From Polyangiaceae bacterium (GTDB taxonomy: Bacteria; Myxococcota_A; Polyangia; Polyangiales; Polyangiaceae), in assembly GCA_044376115.1 (NCBI GenBank), contig JBILLK010000018.1, positions 128,001-192,000 on the forward strand: a DNA stretch of 64,000 bases. Reading direction: 5' to 3'. This document shows, one piece after another, positions 47,377-56,968 of the stretch (the stretch's first letter is position 1; each line of letters opens with the position of its first letter). The translations under genes were made by a program, and so were the position numbers. The notes beneath the pieces are model-generated. The model was given only the letters and a program-made list of their open reading frames with translations, searched no databases and had not been told where the DNA came from.

Positions 47377-48441
47377 ATGAGCGAGCTGGGTTCTTCGCAC
47401 AGGGTTCCAACGTGGGGACGCGTCGTCGCGCGGCCGCACGAATTTCTGATCCACATGCGCCGCGGGCAGGTCGTGACCTCGGGTCACGGCGCCACTTGCT
47501 TCAAGTGGCCGTCGGACAGCGTCGCGCTGATCTCGACCGCGATCGCCAAGCTGTCCTTCGCTGCCGATCAAGTGACCCAGGAGAAGATCGCGCCGGTCCT
47601 CTCGGGTAGCGGAGAGCTCTCCGACACCAGCACCCAGGGCTGGGGCGTCGTAATCGACACCATCGAGATCCAGAACGTACGCGTGCTTTCGGAGGAGGTT
47701 TTTCAGCGGCTACAGGCGCCTTATCGACAGAGCTTGGCGCTCTCCGCGCTGCGCGCGGGCGAGCAGGTGGAGGAGGAGCGCGCGCGTATCGAGCTCGCCC
47801 GAAGACGCGCCGAAGAGGAGGGCCGCCGCGCGGTGATGCAGCTCGAAGATGAGCGGCTCGCGAACGAGCGCGAACGAGCCCTCGTAGCGCGCCGTCACGC
47901 CGAGGAGATCGCCAGGGTGACGGCGCAGGCCGAGATCGTGCGCACCGACGAGCGAGACGACGCGGCGGGCCGCCGAGCCGAGCGAGCGACGCAGCTCGAG
48001 CTCGCGCGGAAGCACGCGCTGCTCGAGGCCGAGCTCGCTCGGCGCAAAGCCGCGTTCGAGGCGGAGCTGGAGGAGAAGCACGCGCTGCTCGAAGCCGATC
48101 GGGAGCGCGCTGAAGCGGACCTCGCCATCCGCAGAGCACAGGGCCAACTCGACGCCGAGCTACTAACCGCCTCCCGCACCGCGCGCAGCGACCTCAGCGA
48201 ACGCCAGCTCGAGGAGCTGATGTTGACCGAGACGCTTCCGCGCATGGGCGAAGCCCTGCGAGGCACCTTCGGCCGCGTGGACTTGACGAGCGGCGTCGAG
48301 AGCGGAGCGCTGTTCTCCTTCCTCTCCGCCGGACTCAAACAGGTGGTTCGAAGCACAAGGGAACTGAAGCAAGAGCTCAGCGACCCGAACACTGCGGAGG
48401 GCTGCCCCTATCGCTCGCCCACACCGCCGATAGTGCGTTAA
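47377..48441 (+). CDS. SPFH/flotillin-like protein, probably internally deleted
   Basis: GGAGG RBS; ARPHEFLIH, ADQVTQEK, WGVVIDTIEIQNV, long EA-rich coiled coil. Confidence 0.7.
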   Translation: MSELGSSHRVPTWGRVVARPHEFLIHMRRGQVVTSGHGATCFKWPSDSVALISTAIAKLSFAADQVTQEKIAPVLSGSGELSDTSTQGWGVVIDTIEIQNVRVLSEEVFQRLQAPYRQSLALSALRAGEQVEEERARIELARRRAEEEGRRAVMQLEDERLANERERALVARRHAEEIARVTAQAEIVRTDERDDAAGRRAERATQLELARKHALLEAELARRKAAFEAELEEKHALLEADRERAEADLAIRRAQGQLDAELLTASRTARSDLSERQLEELMLTETLPRMGEALRGTFGRVDLTSGVESGALFSFLSAGLKQVVRSTRELKQELSDPNTAEGCPYRSPTPPIVR

Positions 48442-48692
48442 CGGGCAGCCGCAATGGCGGCCGGGGCGGCCGGTCGGCGCCTTTGTCCTCCGCGCCGGTT
48501 CGGTCGCGCACGCCCAGTCGCCCCCAAGTTTTCCCCTCTACGGGCGAAGAGGTCTCCGTGACGGACTTGGGCCCGACACATGCGATAACAATCTACTTCT
48601 GCTAACCACCTATCGACCCCAAGCCGGGCGCGGAACGTGCGCGTCAGGAGATGCCCGTCTCCTTGGTTGGGCGAAGGTGTTAGCGTACCGCG

Positions 48693-49577
48693 GTGTCACC
48701 GTCCTTCTTGCACGAGGCCCTTATATCGCTATTCCGGGACCGCCCAGAGCTTGCTGCGGAGGTCTTGAGGGACCAGCTCCATATCGCCATTCCAGCTTAC
48801 ACGGAGGCTACCGTTCAATCTGGGGATCTTGGGCTACTCAAGCCAGTCGAGATGCGGGCAGACCTCGTCGTCTTGTTCAAAGACGGCAAGCCGGTAATGG
48901 TGGTAGTGATTGAAGTCCAACTGCACAAGGCCGCAGCCAAGCGTCGCGTTTGGGCTTCCTATCTAGCCAGCGCAGGTGCCCAATACGCCTGTGACGCATA
49001 TGTCCTCGTGGTTACGCCCCACGAAGATGTTGCACGTTGGGCCCGTGAACCCATTCGACTCGGCGGTAGCTCCGTGGTGCAAGTCCTGGTCCTCGGCCCC
49101 GAGACGATTCCTGTGCTCACCGACGCGGCTGAAGCCGAACGCCACCTTGAACTTTCGGTCATCTCTGCGCTCGCTCACGGTCCCCACAGGCCAGAGGTTG
49201 CCTTTGCCACCATAGCCGCACTCAAAGGCGTCAACGACGCTGTTTCCACGCTATACTTCGACCTGCTGCACATCGTCCTGCCGCAGGCAGTGCGTGCGGC
49301 ACTCGAGGAACTCATGATCCCTGGCTACCAATACCAAAGTGATTTCGCCAAGAAGTACTATGGCCAAGGCAAGGCTGAGGGCAAAGCCGAGGGCGAAGCC
49401 ATGGGCGAAGCGAAGGGCAAAGCGGATGCAATCCTCGCCGTCCTCGTGGCACGGTCGATCGGCGTTTCGGATGAACAGCGCGCGATCCTACTGGCGACTC
49501 ACGACCTTGCTCAGCTCGACCAGTGGCTCACTCGCGCTGCTACGTGTAGCCGGGCGAGCGAAGTCTTCGCGCCCTGA
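48693..49577 (+). CDS. Rpn-like PD-(D/E)XK nuclease / putative transposase
   Basis: LHEAL..LFRDRPELA, RADLVV, VIEVQL, C-terminal GKAEGKAEG repeats and LDQWLTRA. Confidence 0.75.
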   Translation: MSPSFLHEALISLFRDRPELAAEVLRDQLHIAIPAYTEATVQSGDLGLLKPVEMRADLVVLFKDGKPVMVVVIEVQLHKAAAKRRVWASYLASAGAQYACDAYVLVVTPHEDVARWAREPIRLGGSSVVQVLVLGPETIPVLTDAAEAERHLELSVISALAHGPHRPEVAFATIAALKGVNDAVSTLYFDLLHIVLPQAVRAALEELMIPGYQYQSDFAKKYYGQGKAEGKAEGEAMGEAKGKADAILAVLVARSIGVSDEQRAILLATHDLAQLDQWLTRAATCSRASEVFAP

Positions 49578-49796
49578 GCGCGAGGCCCCTCTCCGTCTTC
49601 TTCTGCGTGGCCGCAGCCCCACGCCTCCAAGAAACCACAAGCCGCTCCCGTACTTCCAGTAGCCACTGTCTCCAAGCGAGCTCAGACAGTGTGATAAAGC
49701 CTCCACACTTCCAATCGCCTCCCGCAAGCCGGCTCCCCCATCCGCGCGCAGCGCAACGCAGTGGAGCGAGCCCGGATCAGGGGGAGCAGTGGCGCA

Positions 49797-49813
49797 GCGC
49801 AGCTTCGCTGCGC
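49797..49813. terminator. GC-rich hairpin between convergent genes (REP-like or terminator)
   Basis: gcgcagc-ttc-gctgcgc. Confidence 0.4.
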
Positions 49814-49839
49814 GAGCACACCGAGGGGGCATCTAATAA

Positions 49840-50268
49840 TCAACCACCACGGCTCACGCGTATCGCGTACACGCCTTTGCCGGTGGCGATCGTCGCCTCG
49901 GGTTCGGACGGGTGATAGAGCCGCACGTCGGCGACGCCCACCGTCTTGCCGGCGCGCACGAGGGTCCCGTGCGCGAGGAGGTCTTCCTGTTTGCCGGGTC
50001 GCAGGTAGTCGATGCGCAGGTCGATGGTGGAAACGCGGGTGCGTTGATCCTCGAGCGCGCTCCAAACCGCGAACCCTCCGGCCGTATCGGCTAGCGCGCT
50101 GATCACGCCGCCGTGCAGCGCTCGCTTGAGCGGATCACCGATCAGTTCGTCGCGGTATTTGACCTCGAACAGAATGTCACCACGCTCGATCCGCACGGCT
50201 TGAATCCCGAGCAATTTGTTGAAAGGGATCCACTCTTCGGCGAGTCGCTTCAAAACATCAGGGCCCAT
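49840..50268 (-). CDS. PaaI-family hotdog-fold thioesterase
   Basis: LHGGVISALAD, STIDLRIDYLRP. Confidence 0.92.
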   Translation of the reverse strand: MGPDVLKRLAEEWIPFNKLLGIQAVRIERGDILFEVKYRDELIGDPLKRALHGGVISALADTAGGFAVWSALEDQRTRVSTIDLRIDYLRPGKQEDLLAHGTLVRAGKTVGVADVRLYHPSEPEATIATGKGVYAIRVSRGG

Positions 50269-50352
50269 TTGTGCGCACTACAGGCCGATCTAAGGGCGGA
50301 AGCAACCTCCGAGCTTTCGCGCGGGGACGGCGCGTGGTAGAGGCGCCCCGCT

Positions 50353-52248
50353 ATGTCAAGCGTTGCACCGCCCCGTAAAGACTCCGTCTCTCCTCCCGCA
50401 TCCGGAGTTCCGGGGCCTCGCTCCCTGCGCAACATCGCGATCGTGGCCCACGTCGATCATGGCAAGACCACTCTGGTCGATCACATGCTTCGTCAAGCCG
50501 GCACCTTCCGTGTGAACGAGGTGGTGGCCGAGCGCGTGATGGACTCGAACGATCTCGAGAAAGAGCGCGGCATCACCATCCTGGCGAAGAACACCAGCGT
50601 TGTGTGGAAGGGCGTGAAGATCAACGTCGTCGATACGCCAGGCCACGCTGACTTCGGCGGTGAGGTCGAGCGTACGCTGATGATGGCCGATGGAGCCTTG
50701 TTGCTCGTCGACGCAGCAGAGGGCCCGCTGCCGCAGACCCGCTTCGTATTGTCCAAGTGCTTGGAGCGCGGCTTCCCCGTGATCGTCGTGATCAACAAGA
50801 TCGACCGTCAGGACGCGCGCCCGGATGACGTGCTCAACGAGATCTTCGATCTCTTTTGCGACCTCGGAGCCTCCGATGCGCAAGCCGCCTTCCCGGTCAT
50901 CTACGCCATCGGCAAGCTCGGTCTGGCGAAGATCAACATGGAGGATGAGGCCAAGGACCTCACGCCCTTGTTCGAGACCATCCTCGAATCAGTGCCCCCG
51001 CCGCAGAGCGACTCCGAAGCGCCGCTGCAGATGATCGTTTGCAACACCACGCACGATGAGTACGTCGGCAAGCTCGCGGTCGGTCGCATCGCGCGCGGCC
51101 GAATCCGCATCAACGATGACGTGGTCATCCTTGGTGAAGGCGGCACGCAGAAGCGCGCCAGCGTGAAGCAGCTGTTCACCTTCGAGGGCTTGCGACGCGC
51201 CCCCACCACCGTAGTGGAAGCCGGAGATGCGGTCGCCATCGCGGGTATCGACGAGATCGCCATCGGTGACACCGTGGCCGACCGTCAAGCGCCCGAGGCG
51301 CTGCCGCGCATCGTGGTGGAAGAGCCCACGATTAAGATGCGTATCGGCGTGAACACCTCGCCGTTTGCAGGCCGCTCCAAGGCCAGCAAGTTCCTGACGA
51401 GCCGTCACGTGAAAGACCGTCTCGAGAAAGAGGCGATGAAGAACCTCGCCATCCGCGTGGAGCCCACCGAGACGCCCGACACCTTCGTGGTGCTCGGCCG
51501 CGGCGAGCTGCAGCTCGCCATCTTGGTCGAGACGATGCGTCGTGAAGGCTACGAGATGCAACTCGGCAACCCCGAGGTGGTGACCAAGCTGGTGGACGGC
51601 GTGATGTCGGAGCCGCTCGAGCGCGTGGTGGTGGACGTGCCGCAAGAGTACGTGGGCGTCGTCACCGAGCGGCTCGGCTCGCGACGCGGTCGCATGGAGA
51701 AAATGGCTGCTACCCCGGGTGGCCGCAGCCGGCTCGAGTACGTGATCCCGTCGCGCGGCTTGATCGGCTTCCGCGGTGAGTTCCTCACGGCCTCGCGCGG
51801 CACCGGCCTGCTCAATACGCTGTTTGAAGGCTGGGCACCGTGGGGCGGGACGATGATCAAGCGCGCCAACGGCGCCATCGTCTGTGACCGCGCCGGCACC
51901 GCGACGCCGTACGCGCTGGATCACTTGCAGGCCCGCGGCCAGTTCTTCTACGCGCCGGGTGTCGACGTTTACGAAGGCATGATCTTCGGCGAGCACAATC
52001 GGCCGAACGATACCGACGTCAACGTGGTCAAAGAGAAGAAGCTCTCCAACGTGCGTAACCACGGTAAAGACGACAACGTGGCGCTCGCAGTACCGCGCAC
52101 CTTGACGATTGAAACGGCCATGGAGTGGATCGATGCAGACGAGCTCGTCGAGGTAACGCCCGACGCTGTTCGCGTGCGCAAGCGCGTGCTGCAGTGCAAC
52201 CTGCGTGACCACCGCATGGACGCGATCGAAGACGCCCAAGGCGTCTGA
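50353..52248 (+). CDS. typA: Translational GTPase TypA/BipA
   Basis: [43 protein letters not shown]. Confidence 0.97.
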   Translation: MSSVAPPRKDSVSPPASGVPGPRSLRNIAIVAHVDHGKTTLVDHMLRQAGTFRVNEVVAERVMDSNDLEKERGITILAKNTSVVWKGVKINVVDTPGHADFGGEVERTLMMADGALLLVDAAEGPLPQTRFVLSKCLERGFPVIVVINKIDRQDARPDDVLNEIFDLFCDLGASDAQAAFPVIYAIGKLGLAKINMEDEAKDLTPLFETILESVPPPQSDSEAPLQMIVCNTTHDEYVGKLAVGRIARGRIRINDDVVILGEGGTQKRASVKQLFTFEGLRRAPTTVVEAGDAVAIAGIDEIAIGDTVADRQAPEALPRIVVEEPTIKMRIGVNTSPFAGRSKASKFLTSRHVKDRLEKEAMKNLAIRVEPTETPDTFVVLGRGELQLAILVETMRREGYEMQLGNPEVVTKLVDGVMSEPLERVVVDVPQEYVGVVTERLGSRRGRMEKMAATPGGRSRLEYVIPSRGLIGFRGEFLTASRGTGLLNTLFEGWAPWGGTMIKRANGAIVCDRAGTATPYALDHLQARGQFFYAPGVDVYEGMIFGEHNRPNDTDVNVVKEKKLSNVRNHGKDDNVALAVPRTLTIETAMEWIDADELVEVTPDAVRVRKRVLQCNLRDHRMDAIEDAQGV

Positions 52249-52256
52249 GCGCGACG

Positions 52257-52291
52257 CTAGCTCGGCCACCACGGTGGCCGAGCTAGGTTTT
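52257..52291 (+). terminator. Rho-independent terminator
   Basis: ctagctcggccacc-ac-ggtggccgagctag followed by gtttt. Confidence 0.8.
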
Positions 52292-52305
52292 GTGCTGTTT
52301 GCGAC

Positions 52306-54765
52306 CTAGGCAGCGAGCCAGCGGTCGATGGTCGAGAGGTCGAACTCGCGCAGCGTCTCATCGACCACGCGTTGCAACTCTCGCTTGGCGTTCTCGGCGT
52401 CGCCACCAGCGCGCACCGTGCGGTCGACGTCCTTCGCGGCGAGCGCTAGTCGCGAGAAACCGAGCGAGCCGGAGCTGCCCGCAAGCTGATGGGCGCGCTT
52501 GCCCAACGCCGGACCAACGAGCTCGGGTAGCGCGGCTTGAAGCTCAATCAGCCCTTCGCGAAAGTGGCAGAGCAAGCCGCGAGTTTCGACCTGGCCCATC
52601 GAGTCGATGAGCTCGTGCAATAGCTCGGCGTCCAGCTCGAGCTTGGGCGTGACTACCGCGGGCGCTTGTTGCGAAGGCGTAGCGAGCGGCGGGATCGTCC
52701 TGCGACAACCCCATTTCTCGACGCGCGCGAGCAGGCTGGTTCGTTCGATCGGTTTGGTCAGGTAGTCGTCCATACCAGCGCCCAAGCAGGCCTCGCGATC
52801 GTCAGCGGTGGCATTGGCGGTAAGGCCAATGATGGGTACGCGACCGCGTTCATCACCGAGCATACGAATCGCGCGGGTGGCATCCAAGCCGTCCATCTCC
52901 GGCATCTGCATATCCATCAACACGACGTCGTACGGAAGCGCTCGCACAGCCGATATGGCCTCTACGCCGTTGCTGGCCACGTCCACCCGATGCCCCGCTT
53001 TGGTTAGATAACCAAGCGCGACCTTTTGGTTGATCGAGTTGTCCTCCACTACGAGCACCCGGCATCTGCGCGTGTCCTCGGGCGCGGCGATGGTGATGGG
53101 CGTCGGCGCAGGCTCAGCGGGCCGCAAGGAGACCCGCTTAACCGCCAAGGCGCGAACCAACGCGGAAGGCCGCACCGGCTTGACGAAGACCTCATCGAAG
53201 TAACCGCCGGTGTCGTCGGCGAGGCCGGAGGTCGCGAGCAATAGCCGGGTATGAAGCAGGTTGGGCGTCGCTCGAATGATCGCGCCCAGCTCCACGCCAG
53301 ACATCCCCGGCATGTGATGGTCCACGATGGCGACGTCGAACGGTCGCTTGAGCACAGCCGACTTGATCAGCTCGGCGAGCGCGCCGTCCGCCGAGGGCGT
53401 GGACGTTACCTCGACCCCCCAGGGAATGAGCTGACGTTCGAAGATCTCTCGATTGACCGGGTTATCATCGACGATCAGACAACGGAGACCAGCCACCGCA
53501 TGTTCCGTTGGGCTGCTCTCACTGGAGGCTTTGAACGGCAGCTTGAACCAGAAGCGGCTGCCTTTGCCTTTTACGCTGGAGAGGCCGATCGAGCCGCCCA
53601 TCAAAAGCGCCAAACGCCGGCAAATGGCGAGCCCCAAGCCGGTGCCGCCGAACTTGCGCGTGGTCGAAGCGTCGGCTTGAACGAACTCCCCGAACAACGA
53701 AGGGACTACCGACTCTTCAATGCCAATTCCGGTGTCCACCACCGAGAACTCGAGTTCGAGCTCACCGCCGTTATCGTGAGGCTGAATCTCCACGACGACG
53801 CTGCCGGTCTCGGTGAACTTCACGGCATTTCCGACGAGGTTCATCACGATTTGACGCAGTCGCCCCGCATCCCCTCGGACCTCGTTGGGCACGCCGCGGC
53901 CCATCACGACGCCGATCTCAATGCCCTTGGCTAGGGCTCTCGGCGCCAACAGCTCGACCACGCTCTCAATCACGCTGGCCGGCGCAAAGTCATACTCCTC
54001 GAGCGTCATTCGCCCAGCCTCGATCTTCGAGAAGTCGAGGATGTCGTTTAATATCGATAATAGCGCCTCGCCCGAATCGCGGATGGCCTCGGCGTAAGCC
54101 CGCTCTTGCGGCTCGAGTTTACCGTCCAATAACAAGCCCACCATCCCGAGCACGCCGTTCATCGGCGTACGGATCTCGTGGCTCATCGTCGCGAGGAAGT
54201 CGCTCTTGGAGCGGCTGGCCGCCTCGGCCTTTTCCATCGCATCGCGAAGCTGGTGCTCATTGCGCTTTCGCTCCGAGACGTCGCGCACGATCGCGATCTT
54301 GTAGCAGCGGCGGTCGGCGAAGCAGGCCTCGCTGATGGCGACCTCGACGTCAACGGGAGGCTGATCGGGGCGCTTCGCCTGGGCCTCCCCCGATTGTGTC
54401 GGGGCTATGCCGCCTTCCCAAATCTCGGCGTAAGACTGCCCGATCGATTGGCCGGGGATACGGCCAAACAAGGTGTCGGCGGCGGCGTTGAAGGCGTCAA
54501 TGCGCTGGTCGCCATCGACGATCACCACGCCATCGCTGACGGCGTCGAGGATGGCCCGCACTCGGGCCTCCGATTCACTGAGGATCTTCGCGTTGAGCTG
54601 CTCGACCTCTTCGGTCAGTAGGCTATTGGTGCGTTCTTGCCGGCGCCGCTCTTGATCGAACTCTTCGTAGGTGGCGCTGACCAGCTCGAGCAGCGGCGTT
54701 AGCTCCGCCGCTAGATTGGCGTTGGTTCGGCGTACTTGGCGCTCCAGCAGCCGGTGCAGCGTCAC
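52306..54765 (-). CDS. Hybrid sensor kinase (PAS-HisKA-HATPase-REC-REC-Hpt)
   Basis: MSHEIRTPMN, GGTGLGLAI, two REC domains, AHQLAGSS; GTGA overlap with FIST gene. Confidence 0.95.
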   Translation of the reverse strand: MTLHRLLERQVRRTNANLAAELTPLLELVSATYEEFDQERRRQERTNSLLTEEVEQLNAKILSESEARVRAILDAVSDGVVIVDGDQRIDAFNAAADTLFGRIPGQSIGQSYAEIWEGGIAPTQSGEAQAKRPDQPPVDVEVAISEACFADRRCYKIAIVRDVSERKRNEHQLRDAMEKAEAASRSKSDFLATMSHEIRTPMNGVLGMVGLLLDGKLEPQERAYAEAIRDSGEALLSILNDILDFSKIEAGRMTLEEYDFAPASVIESVVELLAPRALAKGIEIGVVMGRGVPNEVRGDAGRLRQIVMNLVGNAVKFTETGSVVVEIQPHDNGGELELEFSVVDTGIGIEESVVPSLFGEFVQADASTTRKFGGTGLGLAICRRLALLMGGSIGLSSVKGKGSRFWFKLPFKASSESSPTEHAVAGLRCLIVDDNPVNREIFERQLIPWGVEVTSTPSADGALAELIKSAVLKRPFDVAIVDHHMPGMSGVELGAIIRATPNLLHTRLLLATSGLADDTGGYFDEVFVKPVRPSALVRALAVKRVSLRPAEPAPTPITIAAPEDTRRCRVLVVEDNSINQKVALGYLTKAGHRVDVASNGVEAISAVRALPYDVVLMDMQMPEMDGLDATRAIRMLGDERGRVPIIGLTANATADDREACLGAGMDDYLTKPIERTSLLARVEKWGCRRTIPPLATPSQQAPAVVTPKLELDAELLHELIDSMGQVETRGLLCHFREGLIELQAALPELVGPALGKRAHQLAGSSGSLGFSRLALAAKDVDRTVRAGGDAENAKRELQRVVDETLREFDLSTIDRWLAA

Positions 54766-55886
54766 GCTGCGAGCTCCGCGAAGGTCGTGATGGTCATGGT
54801 CTGATTGTGAAGGTCGGCAAAACCGCCAGCGCACGGGGCAATCTCGCCATAGCTGTAAAAGCCGACGGTCGGGAACTTGGTGCCGAGCACGTTCGCCGCT
54901 GCGTCCACCTCATCGCAGGTGCGCTGCCCCATCAGCAGCTTTCGGCCAATGCAACTTACCAGCACCGCAAAGCCGCTATCGGCCTCGATCTGCGCCGACT
55001 CTGCTGCGCTGGCTGCGCCGTCCACCAATTGGCTGAGCGAGGCGCGCATCAGCTGAGCCACGGCGCCCTCCGGCATATCCCCGGCAAACGTCATGGCATT
55101 GGTCGCCGCGTCAATCCCGAGGATCGTGCGGACCAGCGGCTCGCCGGGCTGGTCTTTGCGTCGAATGATGAGCGGATAGAGCAGCGCGCTGGCCGGCAGC
55201 TTCGACGCTTCTTCGCCCAGGTAATGCTTATAGAGATCGAGCGCTGGCTGACCATCGAGCTCATAAAGCACATTGCCCTCGGCGCGCGTCACCCGCCGCT
55301 CTGGACCAAAAGGAACCCAACCGCCAGCGCTGCCATGGCCGACTTGCAGCGCCGCACCGTACAGGCCGACCGCGCCGATCACGCCGCTGGCAGGCTCGCC
55401 CGCGAGCCCCGTGCGCGTCGAACCAAAGCGCGCGCCGTCCCCGGCGAGTCCGCCCGATACCACGACCTGATCACCGACCGCCTTGCGCAGCCCGCGGACG
55501 AGCTCGGTGCCGTTGACGCGGGTCCCATCGGAGAGCACGAACACAGCCCGAAGATCCGCTGCGCCGAGCTGCGCGCCGATCGCCTCTCCAGCGCCAAACG
55601 ACTCGCCGACATCGGCGATCTCGCGCTCGGCGCCGCGCACCGAGACCGAGTCGAACTTGACCGCCATCACCGACACGGTCCCGTCTTGTACGTCGTCCGC
55701 GACGATCTCCCCGCCGGTCGTACAACCCAATAGCAGCGCCTTGGGGTAACGCCGACGCAGCTCCTCGTGACGCACCGTCTCCATGGCCTCCGGTGCTGCG
55801 AAGTAGAGCACCCAGTCGGCTTCAACAAGCCCGCCCTCGGCCGACCAACCACGCTCTTTCGTCCAACAACAACGTTCAGTCTTCAT
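54762..55886 (-). CDS. FIST-domain sensor (NosP-like)
   Basis: GCTTGGEI, GGLAGDG, VSCIGRK, GFYSYGEI, LHNQTMT. Confidence 0.93.
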   Translation of the reverse strand: MKTERCCWTKERGWSAEGGLVEADWVLYFAAPEAMETVRHEELRRRYPKALLLGCTTGGEIVADDVQDGTVSVMAVKFDSVSVRGAEREIADVGESFGAGEAIGAQLGAADLRAVFVLSDGTRVNGTELVRGLRKAVGDQVVVSGGLAGDGARFGSTRTGLAGEPASGVIGAVGLYGAALQVGHGSAGGWVPFGPERRVTRAEGNVLYELDGQPALDLYKHYLGEEASKLPASALLYPLIIRRKDQPGEPLVRTILGIDAATNAMTFAGDMPEGAVAQLMRASLSQLVDGAASAAESAQIEADSGFAVLVSCIGRKLLMGQRTCDEVDAAANVLGTKFPTVGFYSYGEIAPCAGGFADLHNQTMTITTFAELAA

Positions 55887-55905
55887 GGTTCATCGTTCCT
55901 TCGCT

Positions 55906-56892
55906 TCAGCCCGCGCGACGCGCAGATTGGTCTACAGCCGCCGGCACAATCGCCGCTGCCACGCCGGCCGCCGCAAACTGCGTCACCCGGTCTCGGCCTT
56001 CACGCTTCGCCGCGTACAAGGCTTGGTCGGCCGCCTCGGTCAGCGCTTGTCCGAGGCTCCCCAACGCGACTTGCGCCATCCCCGATCCAATGGCGCCAAT
56101 ATCACTTAAGTCGGCGACGCCAAAACTGGCGGTTACCACCACAGCGTCACCCTTCGGCAAGAACGCAAGACTGCGCAGCCCTTGGCGGATGCGGTTAGCG
56201 ACGTCAACGGCGCTGGAGGTCGAGGCGTTCGGCAGAATCAAAGCGATCTCCTCGCCGCCGTAACGGCAAGCGGCATCGCCTGTCCGCACGCTACGCGCGA
56301 TGAGCGCGCCGACCGAACGCAGTACGAGGTCGCCAAAGGCGTGCCCAAAGCGGTCATTGAGCGACTTGAAGTGATCGAGGTCAACGATGACCAACGATAG
56401 ATTGCGGTTCTCGCGCAAGGCCCGCGCCGTATTGGCCGCGAGCAGCCGGTCGAACTCACGGCGATTGAAGAGACCGGTCAAAGCATCGACGCGAGCCTGC
56501 TCATCGAGATCTTCGATCGCGAGCTTGGTTCGAATCGCAGAGCGTACGCGGGCTCGCAGCTCCGCCGGGTGAAACGGCTTCGTAATGTAGTCGCTCGCAC
56601 CGAGATCGAAGCCGTGCACTTTTACGTTCACGTCGTCGTGCGCCGTTAAGAAGATCACCGGAATCGCGCTGGTTCGCGGATCCGACTTCAAGCGACGACA
56701 GACATCGAGCCCGCTTTGATCCGGCATATCCACATCGAGCAGGACCAGATCGGGCTGCTCCGTAACCGCTTGCTCCAACCCGAATTGCCAGTCCGGCGAG
56801 GTGAGCACGCGGTAGCCCTCGGGCTTGAGTCTTGCTGCGACCACAGCCAAGAGCTCAGGGCTGTCGTCGATTACAAGTACGGTTCCGCTCAT
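55906..56892 (-). CDS. REC-GGDEF diguanylate cyclase
   Basis: REC domain; DALTGLFNRR, DLDHFK, RYGGEEI with RTGD I-site. Confidence 0.93.
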   Translation of the reverse strand: MSGTVLVIDDSPELLAVVAARLKPEGYRVLTSPDWQFGLEQAVTEQPDLVLLDVDMPDQSGLDVCRRLKSDPRTSAIPVIFLTAHDDVNVKVHGFDLGASDYITKPFHPAELRARVRSAIRTKLAIEDLDEQARVDALTGLFNRREFDRLLAANTARALRENRNLSLVIVDLDHFKSLNDRFGHAFGDLVLRSVGALIARSVRTGDAACRYGGEEIALILPNASTSSAVDVANRIRQGLRSLAFLPKGDAVVVTASFGVADLSDIGAIGSGMAQVALGSLGQALTEAADQALYAAKREGRDRVTQFAAAGVAAAIVPAAVDQSARRAG

Positions 56893-56968
56893 CCGTAAAC
56901 CAACGGATCACGGCCCCGGGACTAAAGCTGAACGCAAGGGTCCGCGCGACGCCGCGCGCAATACCCAA

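Noticed and set aside
18490..49700. Integrative element with tRNA attachment site
   Set aside because: No tRNA, integrase or terminal direct repeat found at the island edges
50989..52272. Long antisense or alternate-frame ORFs (also 12353..13579, 11660..12820, 54807..55733, 61127..62227)
   Set aside because: Shadow ORFs of well-supported genes, expected in high-GC DNA
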